A DNA stretch of 36,818 bases from an uncultured Muribaculaceae bacterium (GTDB taxonomy: Bacteria; Bacillota_I; Bacilli_A; RF39; UBA660), in assembly GCA_964371745.1 (NCBI GenBank), contig CAYJNS010000003.1, positions 1 to 36,818 of the forward strand. Direction: 5' to 3'. A model generated the notes under the pieces. The model was not told where the DNA came from, searched no databases, and saw only the letters and a list, made by a program, of their open reading frames with translations. Within the stretch, counting starts at the first letter, position 1, and each line of letters begins with the position of its first letter. The translations under genes were made by a program, and so were the position numbers. Shown here one piece after another: positions 25,682-34,165 of this stretch.

Positions 25682-28533
25682 AAAAGATGAAATTATTTTT
25701 AACTTTTACTTTGTTTATTATGCTGAATTTTATAATTGTTAATGTTGATGCAAGTGAAAATGATTATAAAATGGGAAACACCAATAAAATGGATGATTTA
25801 AAAGTGTTCGAAAATTATAGTCCATACGAATACGATTTGGAGTATAATGGAAAGTGGTATCCAGCAATATGCATAGATCCTGCTGCAGTTCCTGGGAAGG
25901 ACTCTATTAAAAAAATCGAATTGTCAACAGAAGACTATGCAATTATAGAAAATATTCTAAGTGCAGATATAGAGGGTTTATCTGATGAATCTTATCCATT
26001 TGACACATTATATTATTATATGACTACTGAACAAAAAGAACATTTTTATACTAAATTAATAGCGGTTCGAGTGTATACAACAAATTTTTCTACTACTATT
26101 GATAGAAAAACATCAAAAATTGCTTCTGGTTATGTACATATAGGTAAAGAATGGTTTGAAAATGAAAGTTGGTATGCTGCAAGTTATATACAAAAAAATT
26201 ATAGTCAAGATACATTATCAAAATATAACTTTGTGGATGCTGATATTGAAAAAAATGCGAAAAAATTAGTTGAAGATGCTATGGAAAATTCATCTAATAA
26301 TAATACAACAGAAGTTGTTATGCCTAGTATAGAAGTTATTTCTGGGAATTCACGAATTTCTGTAGATGAAAATAATCAAAAAATCATTTCAAAAACAGTA
26401 ACATTGAATCCACAAAATTTTGGTGAAAATGGAATGCTTAATTCATTATCAATAACTTCAGCTGATTTAAGTTTGTTTTCAAGCATTAAAATTAATGGAG
26501 AAGAGCAAAGTTCATTAACGGATTATGCATTAAAAGATAATAAAACAATAACTATTGAATTGACTGGTTATGGATTAGATGATGATTGTGATGAAACTGA
26601 TTTTAGTTTAACATATACTTATTACGACGATGCATTAAAATCAGATGAAAATGTATCAAGAGAAGTAGTGGCTTTTCAAAAAGGTTCTGCTTATCAAAGA
26701 TATATTATTTATATAGAATCTGATGGGCAAGATGATGGTAAAAGAACTGAAACAAAACCATTAGGGATGGATTTATGTCCTTATTCATGTAATACAACTA
26801 TAACTATTCCTAATACATGTTTAAATGTTGATGGGACTTATAATGAAGATGATGTTGCTGGAGTTATAACTGGACCAACAAATATTGGTAAATGTATAAC
26901 TAATACAAATGCTGAAGATGAAGCTGGTAATAAATATCAAGCTGGAGGATGCTCTTATACAGTTTTAGAAAACGGTGAAACAAAAGAAATCCCTAATGGA
27001 TTAGCAACTGTTTCAACAAGTAAATATTGTAATGTTTCATGTAAAGAAGATTATAATCCAATAAAATTTTCTGGAGTTCAAAGAGCTACAAGCGGCAGAT
27101 ATTTTAAAGTAGCTGCAGAAATATCAGGAACTAAATCTTGTTATACAAATGAAATAAATGTAGATCAGTTTGAAATTGATATAGCTGATGCATCTTCAAG
27201 AATGAAGGAAGCACTTACCGCATCTGAAGAAGGCACAATAGATCAAGCATTTTACGATGCTGCTAAAGCTGATTTTGATAAAGCTGTTAAAGATATAGAA
27301 TCTTGTACAGGTTGGGATATGCAGTATGCTTTAACTCCAACTGTCGAGTATACTTATGAAGACAATTATTTTAAAGATTTAGAAATAGCTGATGAAGATA
27401 AAAATTTAAATATTGTTTCTGATACAAATACAGATAGAGAATATTATTATTGTACTGATGGTAATAAAAATTATACTGATTGTGAGAACGTTATTAAAGA
27501 TGAATTAAAAACTTCTAAAAATTATTCTTATGTAAATATAGATGGAAGTTCTACTGGTGTATCAGTAAATATTCCAAAAACAAGTTATATAAAACAAAGT
27601 ATTTCAAAAACAGTATTATATGATACTCCAGAAATATTTTATACTGAGTTTCCAACTGGAAATATAATTTACAATCCAACAGATGAACAAAAAGATCAAA
27701 GTCAAATAGTTGACGGTTTACCAATAGATGGTAACTTAGAAAATGGTTTATATAACTTTAAATTTACTATAAAAGATTTAGGTGAATTTTATAATAATTG
27801 TGAACCTGGTAGACTAGTAAATGATGACGATAGAAAATCTGTTGCCGAAGAATTAACAGATACTAATACAACTAAATTTGAAAATGAATATGTATGTAAA
27901 TATTTAGTAGATTGTCCTGAATGTGAATTTGAAGGAGATTGGGAAGAATTTGATCCTTATTGTCCTAATTGTATTTTCACAGGAAATATTGATAATTTGA
28001 GTTTTAGAACAATAAGCTTAAATAATGTTAATCCTAATGATAGAGATATGGGATACAATTTTAATACAGAAACTAATTTTGGATTTATTTCTGGAAAAGC
28101 AGAAAAAACATTAGGTAAAATCGAAGATAATGAAGGTATAATTGGATTGGGTGAAAGCATATATGAACAAACTCCAGTTTTATCAGTAGAAGTTACACCT
28201 GATTTAGCAAAAACAATAAGAGAAACAAACAATGATTTAGGATCGTATCAAAATGATACACTTACTTGTTATGATTATACAGAAAATGGTGTAACATATG
28301 AAAATGTATTCTGTTATAGTGATTATTTAGATATGTTTACTGATGGAGATTATGTAGAGTATAGTGAAAACTTTACATTTGCTAATAGACCTGAAGAAGA
28401 ACAAAGAACAAATAATACATCACCATATTGGCAAACTTATACAACGACTGATAATAAAGAATTATATGATGATATAAGTAAAGATTTTGGTATAGATGAT
28501 GATACAACTATTGGTGGACCATCATGGAAATAA
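25678..28533 (+). CDS. Module protein B2: 951-aa secreted Cys-rich paralogue of B1, ending in IGGPSWK
   Basis: ATGA overlap with A2 and RBS AAAGGAGA. Signal peptide ...FIIVNVDA. Same conserved blocks as B1 but without the long coiled-coil segment. Confidence 0.85.
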   Translation: MKKMKLFLTFTLFIMLNFIIVNVDASENDYKMGNTNKMDDLKVFENYSPYEYDLEYNGKWYPAICIDPAAVPGKDSIKKIELSTEDYAIIENILSADIEGLSDESYPFDTLYYYMTTEQKEHFYTKLIAVRVYTTNFSTTIDRKTSKIASGYVHIGKEWFENESWYAASYIQKNYSQDTLSKYNFVDADIEKNAKKLVEDAMENSSNNNTTEVVMPSIEVISGNSRISVDENNQKIISKTVTLNPQNFGENGMLNSLSITSADLSLFSSIKINGEEQSSLTDYALKDNKTITIELTGYGLDDDCDETDFSLTYTYYDDALKSDENVSREVVAFQKGSAYQRYIIYIESDGQDDGKRTETKPLGMDLCPYSCNTTITIPNTCLNVDGTYNEDDVAGVITGPTNIGKCITNTNAEDEAGNKYQAGGCSYTVLENGETKEIPNGLATVSTSKYCNVSCKEDYNPIKFSGVQRATSGRYFKVAAEISGTKSCYTNEINVDQFEIDIADASSRMKEALTASEEGTIDQAFYDAAKADFDKAVKDIESCTGWDMQYALTPTVEYTYEDNYFKDLEIADEDKNLNIVSDTNTDREYYYCTDGNKNYTDCENVIKDELKTSKNYSYVNIDGSSTGVSVNIPKTSYIKQSISKTVLYDTPEIFYTEFPTGNIIYNPTDEQKDQSQIVDGLPIDGNLENGLYNFKFTIKDLGEFYNNCEPGRLVNDDDRKSVAEELTDTNTTKFENEYVCKYLVDCPECEFEGDWEEFDPYCPNCIFTGNIDNLSFRTISLNNVNPNDRDMGYNFNTETNFGFISGKAEKTLGKIEDNEGIIGLGESIYEQTPVLSVEVTPDLAKTIRETNNDLGSYQNDTLTCYDYTENGVTYENVFCYSDYLDMFTDGDYVEYSENFTFANRPEEEQRTNNTSPYWQTYTTTDNKELYDDISKDFGIDDDTTIGGPSWK

Positions 28534-28546
28534 AGGATGTGAATAG

Positions 28547-28948
28547 ATGAAGGGTGCTTATTGGGGTTACTGGTTAGTAACACTTGGCGTATTTATAGTT
28601 ATAGTTATGCTACTTGTACAAAATGTAACTACTGGAAATACAATTAGTTATACAATGATTAAAGAAGTATCTGAGGCAGCAATGGTTGACTCAGTTGATT
28701 ATGGATATTATCGTATATATGGAGAAGTGAAAATTAATAAAGAAAAATTCATGGAAACTTTCATTCGTAGAATGGCTGAAACAGTAGATGGTTCAACAAC
28801 TTATACTATTGATTTTTATGATATTTACGAAGCCCCACCTAAGGTAAGTGTAAAAGTTTCTAGTGCATCTAATACATTTAACGTTGCAGGTGATTCTACT
28901 GCATTTGATATAGTAGAACGTATAGATGCAGTACTTGAAGGAAATTAA
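28547..28948 (+). CDS. N-terminally anchored small protein, pseudopilin/TadE-like by position and topology
   Basis: Starts 13 nt after the B2 stop, with RBS AAGGATG. Single N-terminal hydrophobic helix WLVTLGVFIVIVMLLV followed by a ~100-aa soluble domain. Family not recognised. Confidence 0.35.
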   Translation: MKGAYWGYWLVTLGVFIVIVMLLVQNVTTGNTISYTMIKEVSEAAMVDSVDYGYYRIYGEVKINKEKFMETFIRRMAETVDGSTTYTIDFYDIYEAPPKVSVKVSSASNTFNVAGDSTAFDIVERIDAVLEGN

Positions 28949-28974
28949 ATGATACATAAAATTGGAGGAATAAA

Positions 28975-29766
28975 ATGGGAAGTTTTTTAGGAATTATTAA
29001 AAGATTTTTATCAAATAAAAATACAGTTACTATTTTAGCGGTAATAATTGGGATTATAGTACTTTGGTTCTTTTATGATATGCGTGTTAATGAAGCTATA
29101 TCGCCACTGTCAATACCTTATGCTAAAGCTGAAATTGGTGCAACTAATGAAATAACTGAAGATGATATTGGATTTGTTGAAATTAATAGTGCATTTGTTA
29201 GTAGTGTAAATATAATAACAAATTCACAATTATTAATTGGTCAATATGTAACTACTGGAACATCAATACCAGAAGGAGGGCTTTTCTATCAATCACAAGT
29301 TGTAGAAAAAGGAGCTTTACCTAACGCGGTATTTGATGATATACCAGAAGGTTATACATTATTTTCATTACCGGTAAATAATAACTCAACATATGGTAAC
29401 TCAATATATCCTGGAGATAGAATTGATTTATATGTTAAGTTTACAGATGACTTAAATAAAATAAATTTTGGTAAATTTGTAGAGAGTATAGAAGTTTTAG
29501 CAGTTCGTGACTCATCACAAAATGATGTGTTTGAAAATACTGATACTGGTCAATCAGCAATATTATTATTTGCTGTACCTGATGATGTAAATGATCCAAA
29601 TAAAAATTTATTTAACTTACTAACTCAAGCAAGTTTTATTTCTGGACTTGAAATAATACCAGTTCCAAGAAATAAAGCTTACACTGATACATCAGCCGAG
29701 ACAACAGTTCAAAGTGATACAATCAGAGCGTATATAGAAGCTAAAACAACAACAGTAAATAACTAA
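28975..29766 (+). CDS. cpaB: CpaB/RcpC-like Flp pilus assembly protein (SAF domain)
   Basis: N-terminal TM helix. SAF-like segment YAKAEIGATNEITEDDIGFVEI. Then IPEGYTLFSLPV...IYPGDRIDLYV, typical of CpaB. Located directly upstream of the ATPase. Confidence 0.6.
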   Translation: MGSFLGIIKRFLSNKNTVTILAVIIGIIVLWFFYDMRVNEAISPLSIPYAKAEIGATNEITEDDIGFVEINSAFVSSVNIITNSQLLIGQYVTTGTSIPEGGLFYQSQVVEKGALPNAVFDDIPEGYTLFSLPVNNNSTYGNSIYPGDRIDLYVKFTDDLNKINFGKFVESIEVLAVRDSSQNDVFENTDTGQSAILLFAVPDDVNDPNKNLFNLLTQASFISGLEIIPVPRNKAYTDTSAETTVQSDTIRAYIEAKTTTVNN

Positions 29767-29782
29767 AAAAGAGGGTGATAGT

Positions 29783-30874
29783 GTGAATGATGCAATATTT
29801 TCACAATTAGATTTTGGTCCATTAAAAGAATTTCTTGACGATGAAAATGTTACAGACGTTTCATACGGTAATGGTGGCCAAATACATTTAAAAACACTTG
29901 ATAAAGGTGTTTATAGAATTGAAAGACCAGACATTAATAATGCATTAATGGAAAAGCTGGCCTTTCAGTGTTCTAATGTAATGGGTACTACATTTAATAT
30001 GGCGCACCCTTTTTTAGATGCTGAAAGTACAGAGCTTCGTTTAAACTTTGTACACGAATCAATAGCAACTAATGGAGTAGCTTGCGTTATACGTAAAACT
30101 CCAGCTAAAATAAGATTAAATAAAGAGAAATTATTGGATGAAAAATATATAACTGAAGAGTTGCATAACTTTTTAGTTACATGTGTACATGGACATTGTA
30201 ATATCATTGTAAGTGGAGAAACTGGTTCTGGTAAAACAGAGTTAGTAAAATATTTAGCAGCTCAAACAGGTGAAACAGAAAAAGTAATAACTATTGAAGA
30301 TACATTAGAGCTTCATTTAGACAAAATATTTCCACATAGAGATATAGTTGCTATGAAAACAAATAATATAGCATCATACTCTGATGTACTTGTTACTTGT
30401 ATGAGACAAAATCCTCGTTGGATTTTACTATCAGAAGTACGTTCTGCAGAAGCAGTTACAGCTGTTAGAAATTCAATATCATCTGGACATAATATTATAT
30501 CAACAATACACTCTGATAGAGCAAAAAATGTACCAATGCGTCTATATTCACTTCTTGAATCTAATCAAGATATAGATCAGTTTTTAAAATCTATTCATAG
30601 ATATGTACAGCTTGCTATTCATGTAAAAGGATATATGAGTAAAGAACTTGGTAGATTTCAAAGGGAAATTGTTGAAATATGTGAATTTTATGTAACCGAT
30701 GATAATGAAGCAAATTTAAATATAATATATAAAAAGAATTTAGATGGTAAAGTAGCTGTAAGTAATCCATCTAAATATTTAATAGATTATTTAGGTGCTC
30801 AAGGTGTTACTTTAGATGGGAATTTATTTAAAGAAGAAACAGTAAATAATGATAATTTAGTTGAATCATTATAG
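29783..30874 (+). CDS. tadA: CpaF/TadA-type secretion ATPase (T2SS-E / VirB11 superfamily)
   Basis: GTG start follows AGAGGGTGA. Walker A SGETGSGKTE. Walker B/Asp-box region MRQNPRWILLSEVRSAEA. His box SGHNIISTIHS. 363 aa. Confidence 0.85.
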   Translation: MNDAIFSQLDFGPLKEFLDDENVTDVSYGNGGQIHLKTLDKGVYRIERPDINNALMEKLAFQCSNVMGTTFNMAHPFLDAESTELRLNFVHESIATNGVACVIRKTPAKIRLNKEKLLDEKYITEELHNFLVTCVHGHCNIIVSGETGSGKTELVKYLAAQTGETEKVITIEDTLELHLDKIFPHRDIVAMKTNNIASYSDVLVTCMRQNPRWILLSEVRSAEAVTAVRNSISSGHNIISTIHSDRAKNVPMRLYSLLESNQDIDQFLKSIHRYVQLAIHVKGYMSKELGRFQREIVEICEFYVTDDNEANLNIIYKKNLDGKVAVSNPSKYLIDYLGAQGVTLDGNLFKEETVNNDNLVESL

Positions 30875-30885
30875 AAAGGTAGTTT

Positions 30886-31791
30886 ATGGGAACAGGTTTA
30901 GAACTTTTAATATTACTAGCACTCGTTATATTTATAATTGTTTATAGAATGAATCCTGGAGAAAAAACATATAAGTTTTTTGTAACTAAGGTTTCTGAAG
31001 CTTATGAAAAGTTTGCTCCGTATTCATTTAAAGAAGTAAGAAAAAAAACTAAAGCATTAGGCCAAGAATATACAGCAAAGCAGTATACTGCTCAAGTAAT
31101 AATTTTTGCAGCTGTTGCAGGTGGTATATCATATTTTTACTTTTATAGTATTATATGGGCAATTATTTATGCTGTTATAGCAGTGTTATTTATACCATAT
31201 TTAGCATATTTGCGTAGTATGAGACTTTATAGTGAATATATTTTTGAACAAATACAAATATATACTACCAACGTTATAATGGAATTTAATACAACACAAA
31301 GTTTTGTTAAATCACTTGAAGGAGTAAGAGACTCTGGAATACTGGAAGACCCTGTATTAACTGATTTAAAAAACATGATACAAATGTCATATGATAATGG
31401 TACAATAGATGAATCAATTATTTATTTTAATGAAAAATACCCATATTATATGGTTAAAAATATGAACCAATTATTTTTACAGATTACTAAAGAAGGAGCT
31501 AGAGATTCAGGTCAATCTTTAGAAAATATGTCACTAGATATAGACTCACTTGTTGAAGGCGTTTATAGAGATCAAATGGATAGAAAAGCATTCCATGGTA
31601 AATTTGTAAGATTTGGTATGATATTATTTTTACTAGTTTTAGCGCTTCAATATATGTTAGGTGTTGATAACTATTTAGAATTACTTGAAACATGGTATGT
31701 TCAAATAATATTACATATGATTATAATTGTTAATGCATTTTTCTTAATTAAAGGAGAAAAATATTATAACGAAGATATAGGTGGTGAATAA
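30886..31791 (+). CDS. tadB: TadB-like inner-membrane platform protein (T2SS-F family)
   Basis: 301 aa. Topology is an N-terminal TM, a TM pair, a cytoplasmic ~130-aa helical domain and a C-terminal TM pair. Located immediately after the ATPase. Called from topology and synteny, not motifs. Confidence 0.55.
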   Translation: MGTGLELLILLALVIFIIVYRMNPGEKTYKFFVTKVSEAYEKFAPYSFKEVRKKTKALGQEYTAKQYTAQVIIFAAVAGGISYFYFYSIIWAIIYAVIAVLFIPYLAYLRSMRLYSEYIFEQIQIYTTNVIMEFNTTQSFVKSLEGVRDSGILEDPVLTDLKNMIQMSYDNGTIDESIIYFNEKYPYYMVKNMNQLFLQITKEGARDSGQSLENMSLDIDSLVEGVYRDQMDRKAFHGKFVRFGMILFLLVLALQYMLGVDNYLELLETWYVQIILHMIIIVNAFFLIKGEKYYNEDIGGE

Positions 31792-31793
31792 TT

Positions 31794-32582
31794 ATGCCGT
31801 ATGAAGTTTTAATTATAGCAGCCTTAGCATTTATTGTAATGACAGTAAATGGTCATATAAGCGTTACTAAGCTTGTTAGTGATAATGAAGCATTATTTAG
31901 AAAATTAAAAGAAGAAGATTGGGACTTTTTAGTTAGAGCTAAATATGGTGAAAATGCTAATCCGAATTCTTTATTTAATAAAAGAATAAAAACAGGACTT
32001 ATTACATTTTTTGTAGCAATATTATTTTTCTTAAATAATTTTAGCGCTCTAAGTATATTAGTAGCACTTATAGCAGCATATTTTTTATTTAAATCTAGTT
32101 ATTCGCAGTTAAAAGGTTTTTATAAAAAAAATATTCACTTAATAGATGATATGCTTCCACATTATTTAAAAAATATAGAAATATTGATTCAACATTATAC
32201 AGTGCCTGTAGCTATTGGTAAATCAATGGCTGATGCACCAGATATATTTAAAAATGGATTGCAAGATTTAATTAATGAAATTAATAGTGGTGATAATACA
32301 ATTGATCCATATATGAATTTTGCTAAAAAATATCCAGTAAGAGATTCAATGAGAATGATGAGACTTTTATATCGTTTATCACTTGGTAGACAAGAAAGAA
32401 AACAAGAACAGTTATTAACATTTTCAAAATCAATTTCCAGTTTACAACAAAAAGCAAGAGATACAAGATATAAAAATAGACTTAATAAAATGGAAGGTAA
32501 GACTATGGGAATGCTTGTAGCTACTGGATTAGGTGTTATGGTACTTCTAATTTTAGCAGTTTTACAAATGATGAACATGTAG
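31794..32582 (+). CDS. tadC: TadC-like inner-membrane platform protein (T2SS-F family)
   Basis: 262 aa. Same topology class as the preceding gene and a 2-nt gap. The paired platform genes are characteristic of Tad loci. Confidence 0.55.
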   Translation: MPYEVLIIAALAFIVMTVNGHISVTKLVSDNEALFRKLKEEDWDFLVRAKYGENANPNSLFNKRIKTGLITFFVAILFFLNNFSALSILVALIAAYFLFKSSYSQLKGFYKKNIHLIDDMLPHYLKNIEILIQHYTVPVAIGKSMADAPDIFKNGLQDLINEINSGDNTIDPYMNFAKKYPVRDSMRMMRLLYRLSLGRQERKQEQLLTFSKSISSLQQKARDTRYKNRLNKMEGKTMGMLVATGLGVMVLLILAVLQMMNM

Positions 32583-32606
32583 TTTACACTTTTTTACCAA
32601 AAATAA

Positions 32607-32635
32607 TTGATATTTAAAAAAATATTAGGTATAAT
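32607..32635 (+). promoter_or_regulatory. Near-consensus sigma-A promoter in front of the pilin-like genes
   Basis: TTGATA (32607-32612), exactly 17 nt, TATAAT (32630-32635). RBS AGGAGG (32651-32656) precedes ATG 32666. Confidence 0.7.
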
Positions 32636-32665
32636 AAGTATATAAAATAAAGGAGGAATTTTAAA

Positions 32666-32938
32666 ATGAAAGAAGCAACGGGAGAATTAAATATGACAGT
32701 TATTACTGTTGTAGCAATAGCAGCAGTAGCAGCATTAGTATATGCGTTCGTTTGGCCAGCTATTGAAGATTCAATTAGAAAAAACACAATTTGCTCAGGT
32801 GGTAATGGTACAGTAGTAGATGGAGAAAAGGCAGTATGTACAAGTTTAGCTGATGGTCAAGTACAATGTAATCATCCTGATATTGATGCTAATGAACCAT
32901 TTACTTGTGATAATGTAGCTAATAGTTCAACTCCTTAA
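32666..32938 (+). CDS. Flp-like pilin candidate 1 (90 aa, 4 Cys in the C-terminal part)
   Basis: Short charged leader MKEATG, then the hydrophobic helix ELNMTVITVVAIAAVAALVYAFVW, then a small Cys-containing domain. Has a strong RBS and its own promoter. Confidence 0.5.
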   Translation: MKEATGELNMTVITVVAIAAVAALVYAFVWPAIEDSIRKNTICSGGNGTVVDGEKAVCTSLADGQVQCNHPDIDANEPFTCDNVANSSTP

Positions 32939-32947
32939 GGATAATAT

Positions 32948-33178
32948 ATGAAAGAGGCTGTAGGAGAATTAAATACTACTGTAATAATCGTAGTCATAGT
33001 GGGGACATTAGCGGCCTTTTTTTTCTTAGTAATTTGGCCGGCAATAAATAATGATTTTAATAGAAATTCAAATTGTTCTGATGCTATATGTCCGCCTTGT
33101 GAGTCACCACAAGGATGTACTGTAGTTATGTGTACATTAGATGGTGGCAGTACAATAGAATGTCCATATAAGGGGTGA
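32948..33178 (+). CDS. Flp-like pilin candidate 2 (76 aa, 6 Cys)
   Basis: The N-terminus MKEAVGELNTTVIIVVIVGTLAAFFFLVIW is nearly the same as in candidate 1. The C-terminal 40 aa contain 6 Cys. Confidence 0.5.
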   Translation: MKEAVGELNTTVIIVVIVGTLAAFFFLVIWPAINNDFNRNSNCSDAICPPCESPQGCTVVMCTLDGGSTIECPYKG

Positions 33179-33186
33179 TTTAGTTA

Positions 33187-33699
33187 ATGAAAGAATCAGT
33201 AAGTAGTGCGTTTTTATTTAATATAGTAGTGCTTTTTATATTACTATTTACAGGTATAATGAGTTTAACAATTAATAGAACAAGAGCATATACTGTTAAA
33301 GATAATATTATAAATGCAATAGAAAGAAGCGATGGGAATTTAGATTTAACTATTCCTTTAGGAAGTAACTCTGATATTGTAAATGCTATGGCAGATGATT
33401 CTTATAGGGCAACAGGTAATTGTGAAGAATTTAATAGTCAGGATAGTGATAATACATATAGTGAATTTGATAGAGATAATACATATAGTGGATTTGATAG
33501 AGATGGAAAAGGACCACTTACTTTTAATAATGAAAACTCTTCTATCTGTATTAAAAAAATAAATTCCGGTATTAACAATGGCTGTTATTATAATATTATT
33601 TTATTTTATAAATTAGACTTACCAATATTAAGAAATGTTTTTGAATTTTCAGTAACTGGAGAAACCAAAGTATTACCAGGGTGTGGTGATAATTCATGA
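33187..33699 (+). CDS. Pseudopilin/TadE-like N-terminally anchored protein (170 aa)
   Basis: N-terminal helix AFLFNIVVLFILLFTGIMSL. C-terminal block ILFYKLDLPILRNVFEFSVTGETK is shared with the next ORF. Contains an in-frame 27-bp tandem duplication. Confidence 0.4.
   Translation: MKESVSSAFLFNIVVLFILLFTGIMSLTINRTRAYTVKDNIINAIERSDGNLDLTIPLGSNSDIVNAMADDSYRATGNCEEFNSQDSDNTYSEFDRDNTYSGFDRDGKGPLTFNNENSSICIKKINSGINNGCYYNIILFYKLDLPILRNVFEFSVTGETKVLPGCGDNS
33448..33501 (+). repeat. 2 x 27-bp in-frame tandem repeat (DNTYSEFDR / DNTYSGFDR)
   Basis: gataatacatatagtgaatttgataga (33448-33474) is repeated at 33475-33501 with one A-to-G difference. Confidence 0.95.
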
Positions 33700-34154
33700 A
33701 TAATTCAATAGGTACCACTTGGGTAATGGGCTTAATGGTAACTTTTATATTTTTATTTTCTGCGTTTTTAATACTTGCAATTAATTATTCTGATGTTTTT
33801 AGACTGAGAAATGAAACTCTCACAATTTTAGAAAAATATGAAGGTTATACTGGTCAATCGAGATTAATTATAGATAATTTATTACAAACTAATGCTTATA
33901 AAACAAAAAGTGATTGTGAAGAAACTGAATATGGTGTAACTTTATTAGACGGAACTAGTGGTAGTATAGGTGCAGAAGATGCATTTTATTGTATAAGAAG
34001 AATAGATGATAATAAGGCACATGAATATTATGAAATTAAACTTTTTTATAAATTCAATTTACCGGTTATTGGAGAAATATTAACATTTCCAATTACTGGA
34101 GAAACCAAAGATATAACATTTTATGATTCTTTGGAAAATGATTATATAGAATAG
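33696..34154 (+). CDS. Pseudopilin/TadE-like protein, paralogue of 33187-33699 (152 aa)
   Basis: ATGA overlap with the upstream gene. N-terminal helix WVMGLMVTFIFLFSAFLILAI. C-terminal KLFYKFNLPVIGEILTFPITGETK. Confidence 0.4.
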   Translation: MNNSIGTTWVMGLMVTFIFLFSAFLILAINYSDVFRLRNETLTILEKYEGYTGQSRLIIDNLLQTNAYKTKSDCEETEYGVTLLDGTSGSIGAEDAFYCIRRIDDNKAHEYYEIKLFYKFNLPVIGEILTFPITGETKDITFYDSLENDYIE

Positions 34155-34165
34155 GAGGTAAAAAT

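Noticed and set aside
20847-28533. B1/B2, or the A proteins, as sortase-anchored surface proteins.
   Set aside because: The B proteins end in the hydrophilic IGGPSWK, with no hydrophobic or charged tail. The A proteins have a TM helix and a basic tail, but I could find no LPXTG-like motif before it.
33448-33501. Considered whether the tandem direct repeat could be part of a CRISPR array or other repeat array.
   Set aside because: There are only two adjacent copies with no spacers, in frame inside a CDS. No CRISPR-like repeat-spacer structure exists anywhere in the window.
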